Below, in pieces: positions 23,744 through 34,051 of a stretch of 40,327 nt of DNA (its first letter is position 1; every line of letters starts with the position of its first letter). The position numbers and the translations under genes are program-made. The stretch covers positions 1 to 40,327 of the forward strand of contig CBDUUP010000002.1 of the NCBI GenBank assembly GCA_965370435.1, in the 5' to 3' direction. Source of the stretch: an uncultured Anaerolineales bacterium. GTDB lineage: Bacteria > Chloroflexota > Anaerolineae > Anaerolineales > UBA11579. Under the pieces are notes generated by a model that worked only from the letters and a program-made list of their open reading frames with translations, searched no databases and was not told where the DNA came from.

Positions 23744-24742
23744 ATGAGTCGAGTCGGCATCAACCCCGCCCGGGGCAAGTTCACCGCTTACCGTCCCACC
23801 CGGGTCACGGCCGCGGTCTTGACCTTCGTCCCCCACCTGGACGGCTACTTCCGGCAACGGCTGGATGTTCTGCGCCTGACACTGGCCAGTCTGCGAGCCC
23901 ATGCCGGACAGCCCCTGGACTTGATGGTGTTCGACAACGGGAGCTGCGCGCCGGTGGTGGATGCGCTGCGGGAACTGCGCGACCAGGGCGTGATCCAATA
24001 CTTACTGCTGTCGGGCAGCAATATCGGCAAGATCGGCGCGTTCCAGATGATCTTCAACGCCGCGCCCGGCGAGTTGGTCGCCTACTGCGATGATGACATC
24101 TTCTTTTACCCCGGCTGGCTGGATGTCCACCTACGCATCATGGACGCCTTCCCCAAGGTAGGGATGGTGTGCGGAGCGCCGGTGCGCAACGCCGCCAACT
24201 ACACCCGCCAGACCGCCGAACTGCTGACCGCCGCCTGGGGCGGGTCATTGACCGTCTCCCATTCCCGCCGCATCCAGGATGAATGGGAGGCCGATTGGGC
24301 CAGCAGCACCGGCCGCGACCCCCAAGAACACCTCACGGCCACCCAGGATCACCTGGACCTGGTGGTCAAGTCCGGCGAGGTGGAGGCCATCGCTTCGGGC
24401 AATCATTTTCAGTTCCTGGCCCGTAAAAAAGCCATCCAGGAAGCCCTGCCGGAGGATTGGAGCGGCAAGCTGATGGGGAAAATGGTGGAACTGGATTATG
24501 CCGTCGAAGACCTGGGCTACCTGCGCCTCTCCACCGTGGACCGCTGCGTCCGCCACATCGGAAACCTGGTCAGCCCCGCGCTGGCGGAAGAGGCCCGCGC
24601 CCTGGGCTTGGACGTGGAGCAGGAGCTTGGACGGCCGACCGCCGCGCGGCGGCATTGGCTGCTGCGCCTTCCGGGGATGGGCCGGGTCTTGCGGGCGGTC
24701 TACAACTGGATATTCAATATTTTGCACGGCGTGGACGGATAA
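23744..24742 (+). CDS. Glycosyltransferase family 2 (GT-A)
   Basis: VTAAVLTFVPH..., LMVFDNGS, and AYCDDDIFFYPGWL (DxD region). Confidence 0.7.
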   Translation: MSRVGINPARGKFTAYRPTRVTAAVLTFVPHLDGYFRQRLDVLRLTLASLRAHAGQPLDLMVFDNGSCAPVVDALRELRDQGVIQYLLLSGSNIGKIGAFQMIFNAAPGELVAYCDDDIFFYPGWLDVHLRIMDAFPKVGMVCGAPVRNAANYTRQTAELLTAAWGGSLTVSHSRRIQDEWEADWASSTGRDPQEHLTATQDHLDLVVKSGEVEAIASGNHFQFLARKKAIQEALPEDWSGKLMGKMVELDYAVEDLGYLRLSTVDRCVRHIGNLVSPALAEEARALGLDVEQELGRPTAARRHWLLRLPGMGRVLRAVYNWIFNILHGVDG

Positions 24743-24744
24743 CG

Positions 24745-25608
24745 ATGCGGACGGATATTGTGGTTAAACATTGGCTCAAGCTGCTGCGCTGGCGTTTCCG
24801 GCGTGCGGGCGCGGCCCTGCGCTGGGGCAATGCTCAATTGCAGCAGACCCCGGCGGTCCTCGGCGCCGCCATGCCTAAATCCGGCTCGCATTTGATCAGC
24901 CAGATATTGCGCGGCCTCACCCAACTGGGGCCTTTTGTGGCCCCGGGTTTCCCCCCGGTCAACCGGCGCGAGGATAACAGCATCCTGCCTCCCCAGGCTG
25001 TGTTGGCGAATATTCAGAGGATGTGTCCGGGCGACCTCCGCTATGGCTACATCCGCCACGAAGCGCCTTTTGTGGAAGCCTTGACCCAACCGGGCCGAGC
25101 CATGACATTTGTCTACCGGGACCCCCGCGACCTCATCATCTCTTCCATTCATTATGCCACCGAGATGCACGAAGGCCACGGGATGCACACCTATTACACC
25201 GAGCGCCTTACCAGCATAGAAGCGCGCATCAACGCCGAGATATTCGGAGTGGAAGAGCCGGGCTTCGAGTTCCCCGACATCCGTACGCGCTATGAACGCT
25301 ATCTGGGCTGGTTGGCGCAGCCCGAAACGCTCAGCCTGCGCTTTGAAGACCTCATCCTGGACCGGGACGCCGCTCTGGGCCGGATATGGGATTATCTGGA
25401 GACCCGAGGTTTCACAGCTACCGTGTCCAGGGAGCGGGCCGTGGAAGTTCTTAAGGAGAGCATCGCCCCGAAGAAGTCAGGCACTTTCCGCAAGGGACAA
25501 CCCGGTAACTGGCGAGAGCACTTCACCGAGGCCAATAAAACCGCTTTCAAAGAGGCCGCCGGAGACTTATTGATGCGGTTGAAGTATGAGCAAAACAATG
25601 ATTGGTAA
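24745..25608 (+). CDS. Sulfotransferase (Sulfotransfer_1/3-type, PAPS-dependent)
   Basis: AAMPKSGSHL (5'-PSB loop), FVYRDPRDLIISS (3'-PB), and RKGQPGNWREHF. True start is ATG 24745, 2 nt after the GT2 stop; the upstream part of ORF 24457-25608 overlaps GT2. Confidence 0.8.
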   Translation: MRTDIVVKHWLKLLRWRFRRAGAALRWGNAQLQQTPAVLGAAMPKSGSHLISQILRGLTQLGPFVAPGFPPVNRREDNSILPPQAVLANIQRMCPGDLRYGYIRHEAPFVEALTQPGRAMTFVYRDPRDLIISSIHYATEMHEGHGMHTYYTERLTSIEARINAEIFGVEEPGFEFPDIRTRYERYLGWLAQPETLSLRFEDLILDRDAALGRIWDYLETRGFTATVSRERAVEVLKESIAPKKSGTFRKGQPGNWREHFTEANKTAFKEAAGDLLMRLKYEQNNDW

Positions 25609-25613
25609 ATCGC

Positions 25614-25707
25614 AACCTCCCGCAGGTTTCTCGTCAACATCTTGTTGGCGTGTGGAAGTATATGCGAGCAGTATTGTTTTGTCCGCACCAAGAACCTGCG
25701 GGAGGTT
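25614..25707. repeat. 15-bp perfect inverted repeat with a 64-nt spacer in the ST3/oxidoreductase gap
   Basis: AACCTCCCGCAGGTT (25614-25628) pairs with AACCTGCGGGAGGTT (25693-25707), followed by TTT. An internal mini-hairpin CAACA-TCT-TGTTG sits near 25635-25647. Confidence 0.7.
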
Positions 25708-25745
25708 TTGGTCAATGATTGGTGAGCGAGGTACGAGACGGTAAG

Positions 25746-26738
25746 ATGAAATTCATGATCGCCGGTCTGGGTTCGATTGGCCGCCGCCACCTGCGCAATT
25801 TGCTTGCGCTGGGTGAGCGGGATGTCCTGCTGTACCGCACCCACCAAAGCGCCCTGCCGGACGATGAACTGGCCGAATTCCCGGTGGAGACCGACCTGGC
25901 CGCCGCGCTGGCACAAAAGCCGGACGCCGTCATCATCTCCAACCCCACCGCCTTCCACCTGGATGTCGCCATCCCTGCGGCGGAGGTGGGCTGCCATCTC
26001 CTGCTGGAGAAACCCATCTCGCATACCCTGGATCGTGTGGATGAATTGCAGCTCGCGGTGCAGCGCGGCGGCGGGAAGGTATTGATTGGTTTCCAGTTCC
26101 GCCGCCACCCCGGCCTGCGTAAGGCCAAAGAATTGCTCACCGAGGGCGCAATTGGGCGTCCGCTTTCGGCCCGCGCCGTGTATGGAGAATACCTCCCCGG
26201 CTGGCATCCCTGGGAAGACTACCGCCAGAGCTACAGCGCCCGCAAGGACCTGGGCGGCGGTGCGGTATTGACCCTCTGCCACCCCCTGGATTATATGCGC
26301 TGGCTGCTGGGCGAAGTGGATAACTTGTGGGCTTTCACCGGCCAATTGAGCGACCTGGAAATGGAAGTCGAGGACACAGCCGAGATCGGCTTGCAGTTCG
26401 CCCAGGGGACCCTGGGAAGCGTGCGCCTGGACTTCAACCAGCGCCCCCCCGCCCACAACCTGGAAATCGTAGGGACGGAGGGGACTCTGCGATGGGATAA
26501 CGGCGACGGCGCGCTGCGGATGTACCGGGCTGAAGAGGATTCTTGGGAAACCTATCCAACTCCTCCCGGCTTTGAGCGCAATGACATGTTCCGAGCGCAG
26601 ATGGAACACTTTTTAGCTGTGGCGCGCGGTGAAGTTGAACCGGACTGCACCCTGGATGACGGAATTCGAGCTTTAGAATTGGCCCTGGCGGCGCTTCAAG
26701 CCGCGACGAGTGAGCGCTTGGTGAACCTGAGTGAATGA
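25746..26738 (+). CDS. Gfo/Idh/MocA family NAD(P)-dependent oxidoreductase
   Basis: MKFMIAGLGSIGRRHLRNL Rossmann N-terminus and the LLEKPIS motif. Start at ATG 25746; the track's TTG 25719 is an alternative. Confidence 0.8.
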   Translation: MKFMIAGLGSIGRRHLRNLLALGERDVLLYRTHQSALPDDELAEFPVETDLAAALAQKPDAVIISNPTAFHLDVAIPAAEVGCHLLLEKPISHTLDRVDELQLAVQRGGGKVLIGFQFRRHPGLRKAKELLTEGAIGRPLSARAVYGEYLPGWHPWEDYRQSYSARKDLGGGAVLTLCHPLDYMRWLLGEVDNLWAFTGQLSDLEMEVEDTAEIGLQFAQGTLGSVRLDFNQRPPAHNLEIVGTEGTLRWDNGDGALRMYRAEEDSWETYPTPPGFERNDMFRAQMEHFLAVARGEVEPDCTLDDGIRALELALAALQAATSERLVNLSE

Positions 26739-26739
26739 G

Positions 26740-27737
26740 ATGATGAACGATCTCCGTGACCGTCCGGTGTTCATTTGCGGGCATCCCAAGTCGGGGACCA
26801 GCCTGCTGCGCAACCTGCTGGACTCGCATCCTCAACTGGTCGTTTACCCTGAAGAGACCGCATTCTTCCGCCGCTACCTGCCGGAGGCCGGTGACGCCTC
26901 CCTGGAGGAGAAACTGTCCCTGGCGGAGCGGCATTTGATCCACATTTTCGAATGGAACACCCAGGAGCCGCCTTCCCACCAGGAGGGTTTCCCCGACCGG
27001 GATTATTCCGCTATTTCGTTTGAAGAAGTGGCTGCCGCGCTGAGACAGAGCGCTTCTCAAGCAGCGTTGCGCCACGCAGGCGACATCTTGAGCGCCGCCG
27101 CGCTGGCCTTTGGTCAGGTGTCTGGGCAGTTGAGGCCGGATACCCAACGCTGGGTGGAGAAGACTCCTTATAATGAAAGGTATGCGGAGAGGATATTCAC
27201 CTGGTGGCCGGAGGCGCTTTGCGTTCATCTGGTGCGCGACCCGCGGGATAACTACGTTTCCTATACCCGCAAACACCGCAGTTGGACGGCGGAGTTCTTC
27301 GCCGGGAATTGGGTGACTTCCACCCGATCAGGCCTGGCGAACCGGGAACGATTCGGGGTGGAGCGTTACTTGCTGGTTCGATACGAAGACCTGGCGCTAA
27401 CCCCAGAGGAAGTTCTGGAAAAGCTGCGGTTATTTCTAGGCATCGAGGACCATCCAACCCTGCGGACGCCCACCCGCGTGGGCGCGCCCTGGGGAGGCAA
27501 CTCGATGTTCCTGGACCGTTTCAACCAGATCAGCGCCACGCCGATTGGGCGGTGGAAAAATGATCTCCCCCTGGCGGAGGCGGCGGTGATTGAGATGATC
27601 GCCGGCGCGCCAATGCAAGCCTTAGGCTATGACCTCCAGGGCGAAACCCCATTCCAGGCGCGGCTGCGGGCCGCGCGATGGGCGCTGCGCCGAAAGATAA
27701 GCATGCTTCTTAAACAGAGGGAAAGGAATTCAGGTCA

Positions 27738-27741
<4 letters not shown>
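26740..27741 (+). CDS. Sulfotransferase (Sulfotransfer_1/3-type, PAPS-dependent)
   Basis: FICGHPKSGTSLL (5'-PSB), LVRDPRDNYVS (3'-PB), and IGRWKNDL. First ATG at 26740; the track's GTG 26731 is an alternative. Confidence 0.8.
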
Positions 27742-30300
<2,559 letters not shown>

Positions 30301-30319
30301 ATGACAAGCTGATTGAGCG

Positions 30320-31141
30320 ATGTCCAAAATCCCTGAACTATTCGATCTGAGCGAGAGAGTCGCGGTGGTGACCGGCGGAGCCGGACTCCTGGGGGAGGAG
30401 TTTTGCCGCACGCTGGCGGAAGCTGGCGCGGCGGTCGTCATCGCCGATATTGACGCTTCGGCTGCCAAGTCTTTGGCTGATGAGATTGCCCAGGACGGAT
30501 ACGCCGCTCTGGGCGTCGAGACCGACATCACTCAGCCCGAATCGGTTCAGGCGATGGTGGAGGCGGCCCTGAAAAAATTTGGCCGTCTGGACATCCTGGT
30601 CAACAACGCAGCGCTGGACCCCAAGTTCGACCCCCAGCGCCGCGGCCAACATGTGAACGCTTTTGAAGACTATCCCCTGGAGGCCTGGAACCAGGCCCTC
30701 TCCGTCAACCTGACGGGGATGTTTCTGTGCTGCCAGGCCGCCGTACACCCCATGCTGAAGCAGGAGAGCGGCGTCATCATCAACCTCTGCTCGATCTACG
30801 GCGTGACCGGACCCGACCAGCGAATCTACCAACGCGAGGGCCAGCCCCCGCAGTACAAGCCGGTGACCTACTCGGTGACCAAAGCTGGGGTGCTGGGCCT
30901 GACCCGATATCTGGCGACTTACTACACCGGGAAGAACATCCGGGTGAACGCCCTCACGCCGGGCGGCGTCTTCAACCAGCACGACGATGAATTCGTCAAA
31001 GCCTACTCGGCCCGCGCTGTGCTGGGTCGCATGGCCCGCAAAGACGAGATGACCGGCGCCCTGCTCTTCCTGGCCTCCGAGGCCTCCTCCTACATGACCG
31101 GGGCCAACCTGGTCGTGGATGGGGGGTGGACGGCTTGGTGA
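30320..31141 (+). CDS. Short-chain dehydrogenase/reductase (classical SDR)
   Basis: VAVVTGGAGLLGEEF (TGxxxGxG), NNAA, and YSVTKAGVLGLTR (YxxxK). Confidence 0.8.
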   Translation: MSKIPELFDLSERVAVVTGGAGLLGEEFCRTLAEAGAAVVIADIDASAAKSLADEIAQDGYAALGVETDITQPESVQAMVEAALKKFGRLDILVNNAALDPKFDPQRRGQHVNAFEDYPLEAWNQALSVNLTGMFLCCQAAVHPMLKQESGVIINLCSIYGVTGPDQRIYQREGQPPQYKPVTYSVTKAGVLGLTRYLATYYTGKNIRVNALTPGGVFNQHDDEFVKAYSARAVLGRMARKDEMTGALLFLASEASSYMTGANLVVDGGWTAW

Positions 31142-31150
31142 AAAATATTA

Positions 31151-31210
31151 ACCACAAAGACTCTAAGACACAAAGTTTTGTTTTTCTTCGTGTCTTTGTG
31201 TCTTCGTGGT
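31151..31210. repeat. Hairpin repeat element, inverted copy of the 21105-21168 element
   Basis: ACCACAAAGACTCTAAGACACAAAG, then TTTTGTTTTT, then CTTCGTGTCTTTGTGTCTTCGTGGT. A 25-bp stem with 4 mismatches, located 10 nt after the stop at 31141. Confidence 0.8.
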
Positions 31211-31223
31211 AAAAAAAAATACA

Positions 31224-31979
31224 ATGACTGAAGTCCTCGCCTTGATCCCCGCCCGGGGCGGCTCCAAGAGCATCCCCCGGAAGAATATCCACCCCTTTGG
31301 AGAGCATCCGTTGATCGCCTACAGCATCGCGGCTGGTCTGGCCGCCGAGACGGTGAGCCGGGTGGTGGTCTCCACCGATGATGAGGAGATCGCCAAGGTG
31401 TCCCGGCGCTATGGGGCCGAAACGCCCTTCCTGCGCCCGGACGAACACGCCCAGGATGACACCCCCGACCTGCCCGTCTTCCAGCACGCGCTAGAATGGC
31501 TGGCCGAGAACGAAGGCTACCAGCCGGACATCGTGGTGCAGCTTCGCCCGACCTCTCCCTTCCGGCGGGTCTGGCACATAGACCAGGCCGTCCAACGCCT
31601 TATCGAACAGCCGGAGGCCGACGCGGTGCGCACGGTCTGCATCCCTTTCCAGAATCCTTTCAAGATGTGGACTCTCGCGCCCGATGGGTTGATGCAGCCC
31701 TTGATACAGACCGAGTTCGACGAACCCTACAACATGCCCCGCCAGACCCTGCCCGAAGTGTACTGGCAGACCGGCTACGTGGACGCGACCTGGGCAAATA
31801 CCATTCTAGAGAAAAATTCCATGACCGGCGAGCGCATCCTGCCGCTGGTCATTGACCCCGGCGACTGGGTGGACATCGATTCCCCCGACGATTGGCGATG
31901 GGCGGAACGGCTGTTGGCCGGAGGCGAGATCACCCTGGATGACCTGGGCTTCCAGGTCACGGAGGTTTCAGATGCCTGA
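31224..31979 (+). CDS. Acylneuraminate cytidylyltransferase family (NeuA/LegF-like CMP-nonulosonate synthase)
   Basis: ALIPARGGSKSIPRKNI canonical N-terminus. ATG 31224 is preferred over the track's GTG 31206. Confidence 0.8.
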   Translation: MTEVLALIPARGGSKSIPRKNIHPFGEHPLIAYSIAAGLAAETVSRVVVSTDDEEIAKVSRRYGAETPFLRPDEHAQDDTPDLPVFQHALEWLAENEGYQPDIVVQLRPTSPFRRVWHIDQAVQRLIEQPEADAVRTVCIPFQNPFKMWTLAPDGLMQPLIQTEFDEPYNMPRQTLPEVYWQTGYVDATWANTILEKNSMTGERILPLVIDPGDWVDIDSPDDWRWAERLLAGGEITLDDLGFQVTEVSDA

Positions 31980-33864
31980 GATCAAGATAGGCGACCGCCT
32001 GATAGGCGACGGCCATCCAACTTACATAATCGCCGAGATCGGCGTGAACCACAACGGCATTCTGCCGTTAGCCATCGAGTTGATTGACGCCGCGGTGGAC
32101 GCCGGCGCCGACGCGGTCAAATTCCAGAAGCGAAACCTGGAAAACCTGTATCCCCGGAAATACCTGGAAAATGTCAACGCCGGAGAGAAGACCCTGCGCT
32201 ACATGCTGCCTATCTTGCAAAAAGTGGAGCTTTCCGACGAGGATTACTGGCGCATCAAAGAACACTGCCAGAAGAAAGACATCACCTTCCTGTGCACACC
32301 CTGGGACAACGACAGCGCCGACTTCCTGCTCGAGTTGGGCATCCCGGCTTTCAAGGTCGCCTCCCCCGATATGATCAACCTGCCGTTGATCGAACACCTG
32401 GTGAAATTTAACAAACCCTTGATCCTCTCCACCGGCATGTCGCGGATGGAGGAGGTGGAAACCACGGTGGAATTCCTCCAGGAGCGGGGGGCCGAGTTCG
32501 CCCTGCTGCACTGCAACAGCGCCTACCCCGCCGCTTTCGAGGACATCAACCTGCGCTTCATGGAGCGCCTGCGTGAGTTCGGCGTCCCGGTGGGCTATTC
32601 CGGCCACGAGCGGGGCATCGCCGTCTCTACGGTGGCGGCCGCCATGGGCGCAACAATTGTCGAACGCCACATCACCCTGGACCGGACTATGGACGGCCCC
32701 GACCACGCCTCCAGCCTGGAGCCGGGTGGTTTCAAAAAGATGATCCGTGACATCCGGCAGACCGCCGCCGCGATGGGCGCTGGGAAGGAAAAATTCATCA
32801 GCATGGGGGAGATCCTCAACCGCGAGGTGTTGGCCAAGAGTCTGGTAGCCGCCCGAAATATTGAATCGGGAGAGAAGATCACATCCGAGATGGTGACGGT
32901 GAAAGGGCCAGGACAGGGCCTCTCCCCGCAGCATTACCTGGAACTGGTGGGCCGCACTACGGAACGCGCCATCGAAGAGGACGAACCTTTCCTGGAAGCC
33001 GACCTGGGGATTGAACTGGACCTGGACGTTGAGCACACCCTGCCCATGCAATGGGGCGTTACGGTGCGCTTCAATGACTTCAAAGATATGCTTGACCTCG
33101 ACCTGCGCATGCTGGAGTTCCACTTCACCGATAAAGACCTGGACGATCCCTATCCCGGCGGCGACTACTCCATGAAGATGGTCGTCCATGCCCCCGAATA
33201 CTGGGACAATACCCTGGTGGACCTCTGCACCACCGATGATATTCAGCGCCGCGACTCCATCGCCCTGGTGCAGAAAGCGATCAACGTGGCCCGCAGCATC
33301 GCCCCCCACTTTGAGGGCGCTCCCAAGGTCGTCATCCATCCCGGGGCCATGAGCATCGACCATCCCATCGAAGACCGCCAGACCCTGTATGACAATCTGC
33401 GGCGTTCGGTTGAGGCTTTGGATCACGAGGGTGTAGAACTGCTGCTGGAGAACCTGCCCCCCCGGCCCTGGTATTTTGGCGGCCAATGGCTGACCAACGC
33501 CTTCATGGACGCCCACGAGATCGTGGAATTCATCGAATCCACGAGCCTCACCGGGTTCTGTTTCGACACCTCCCATTCCAAACTGTACTGCAACTGGGCG
33601 CAGGTGGATTTCTACGAGCAGGTGGAAGTCGCGCTGCCCTACATCCGCCACCTGCACCTCTCCGACGCCGCCGGATTGGACGGCGAAGGGTTGCAGATCG
33701 AGGAAGGGGTGATTGATTGGGTGAAATTCTTCAAAGTATTGGGCGACTATAAGGACACCATGATCCCGGAGATATGGCGCGGCCACCAACGCCACGGCGA
33801 GGGCTTCCGCATCGCCATCCGCCGCCTCTCGGAGGCCTATTTCAAAGCTCAGGAGGGCGGATAG
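31972..33864 (+). CDS. Fusion protein: NeuB-like synthase + SAF domain (N-terminal) fused to a xylose-isomerase-like TIM-barrel domain (C-terminal)
   Basis: 630 aa from ATG 31972, with an 8-nt overlap with the upstream gene. The N-terminal half has HPTYIIAEIGVNHNG, FKVASPD, ERHITLD..GPDH and SAF (ARNIESGEKIT). From about 33040 onward the motifs VVHAPEYW, VVIHPGAM, LLLENL, FCFDTSH and HLHLSDA are typical of AP_endonuc_2/sugar-phosphate isomerase barrels. Confidence 0.8.
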   Translation: MPEIKIGDRLIGDGHPTYIIAEIGVNHNGILPLAIELIDAAVDAGADAVKFQKRNLENLYPRKYLENVNAGEKTLRYMLPILQKVELSDEDYWRIKEHCQKKDITFLCTPWDNDSADFLLELGIPAFKVASPDMINLPLIEHLVKFNKPLILSTGMSRMEEVETTVEFLQERGAEFALLHCNSAYPAAFEDINLRFMERLREFGVPVGYSGHERGIAVSTVAAAMGATIVERHITLDRTMDGPDHASSLEPGGFKKMIRDIRQTAAAMGAGKEKFISMGEILNREVLAKSLVAARNIESGEKITSEMVTVKGPGQGLSPQHYLELVGRTTERAIEEDEPFLEADLGIELDLDVEHTLPMQWGVTVRFNDFKDMLDLDLRMLEFHFTDKDLDDPYPGGDYSMKMVVHAPEYWDNTLVDLCTTDDIQRRDSIALVQKAINVARSIAPHFEGAPKVVIHPGAMSIDHPIEDRQTLYDNLRRSVEALDHEGVELLLENLPPRPWYFGGQWLTNAFMDAHEIVEFIESTSLTGFCFDTSHSKLYCNWAQVDFYEQVEVALPYIRHLHLSDAAGLDGEGLQIEEGVIDWVKFFKVLGDYKDTMIPEIWRGHQRHGEGFRIAIRRLSEAYFKAQEGG

Positions 33865-33952
33865 CGTTGGGAAGAATTAACGACTCACTTTTAATTCCGG
33901 CGTGGGTAAGGGATTTTTGCCTCTTGAATTCTCGCGCTGTGAGGATGCAGTG

Positions 33953-34013
33953 CGTAGGGGCGCGATCCGTAGGGGCGCAGCGCGCTGCGCCCCTACGGAT
34001 TGGCGCCCCTACG
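33953..34013. repeat. Nested double REP-like palindrome (CGTAGGGGCG family)
   Basis: Outer arms CGTAGGGGCGC (33953-33963) and GCGCCCCTACG (34003-34013). They enclose the loop-less inner palindrome CCGTAGGGGCGCAGCG|CGCTGCGCCCCTACGG (33967-33998). Confidence 0.85.
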
Positions 34014-34051
34014 AAATCAGGATCAACGATTGAATTTGTTGGAGGTGAAGG

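Noticed and set aside
32068-33795. 575-aa minus-strand ORF, and similar long antisense ORFs (11309-12187, 12987-13784, 16856-17653, 19990-21015, 21255-22262, 22831-23784, 25392-26609, 33842-35029, 37224-38099, 29602-30531)
   Set aside because: All lie opposite + strand genes that carry unambiguous family motifs. Their translations are the Gly/Ala/Arg/His/Gln/Val-rich strings typical of antisense frames in GC-rich DNA. 33842-35029 even reads through the REP palindromes. No conserved motifs were recognised.
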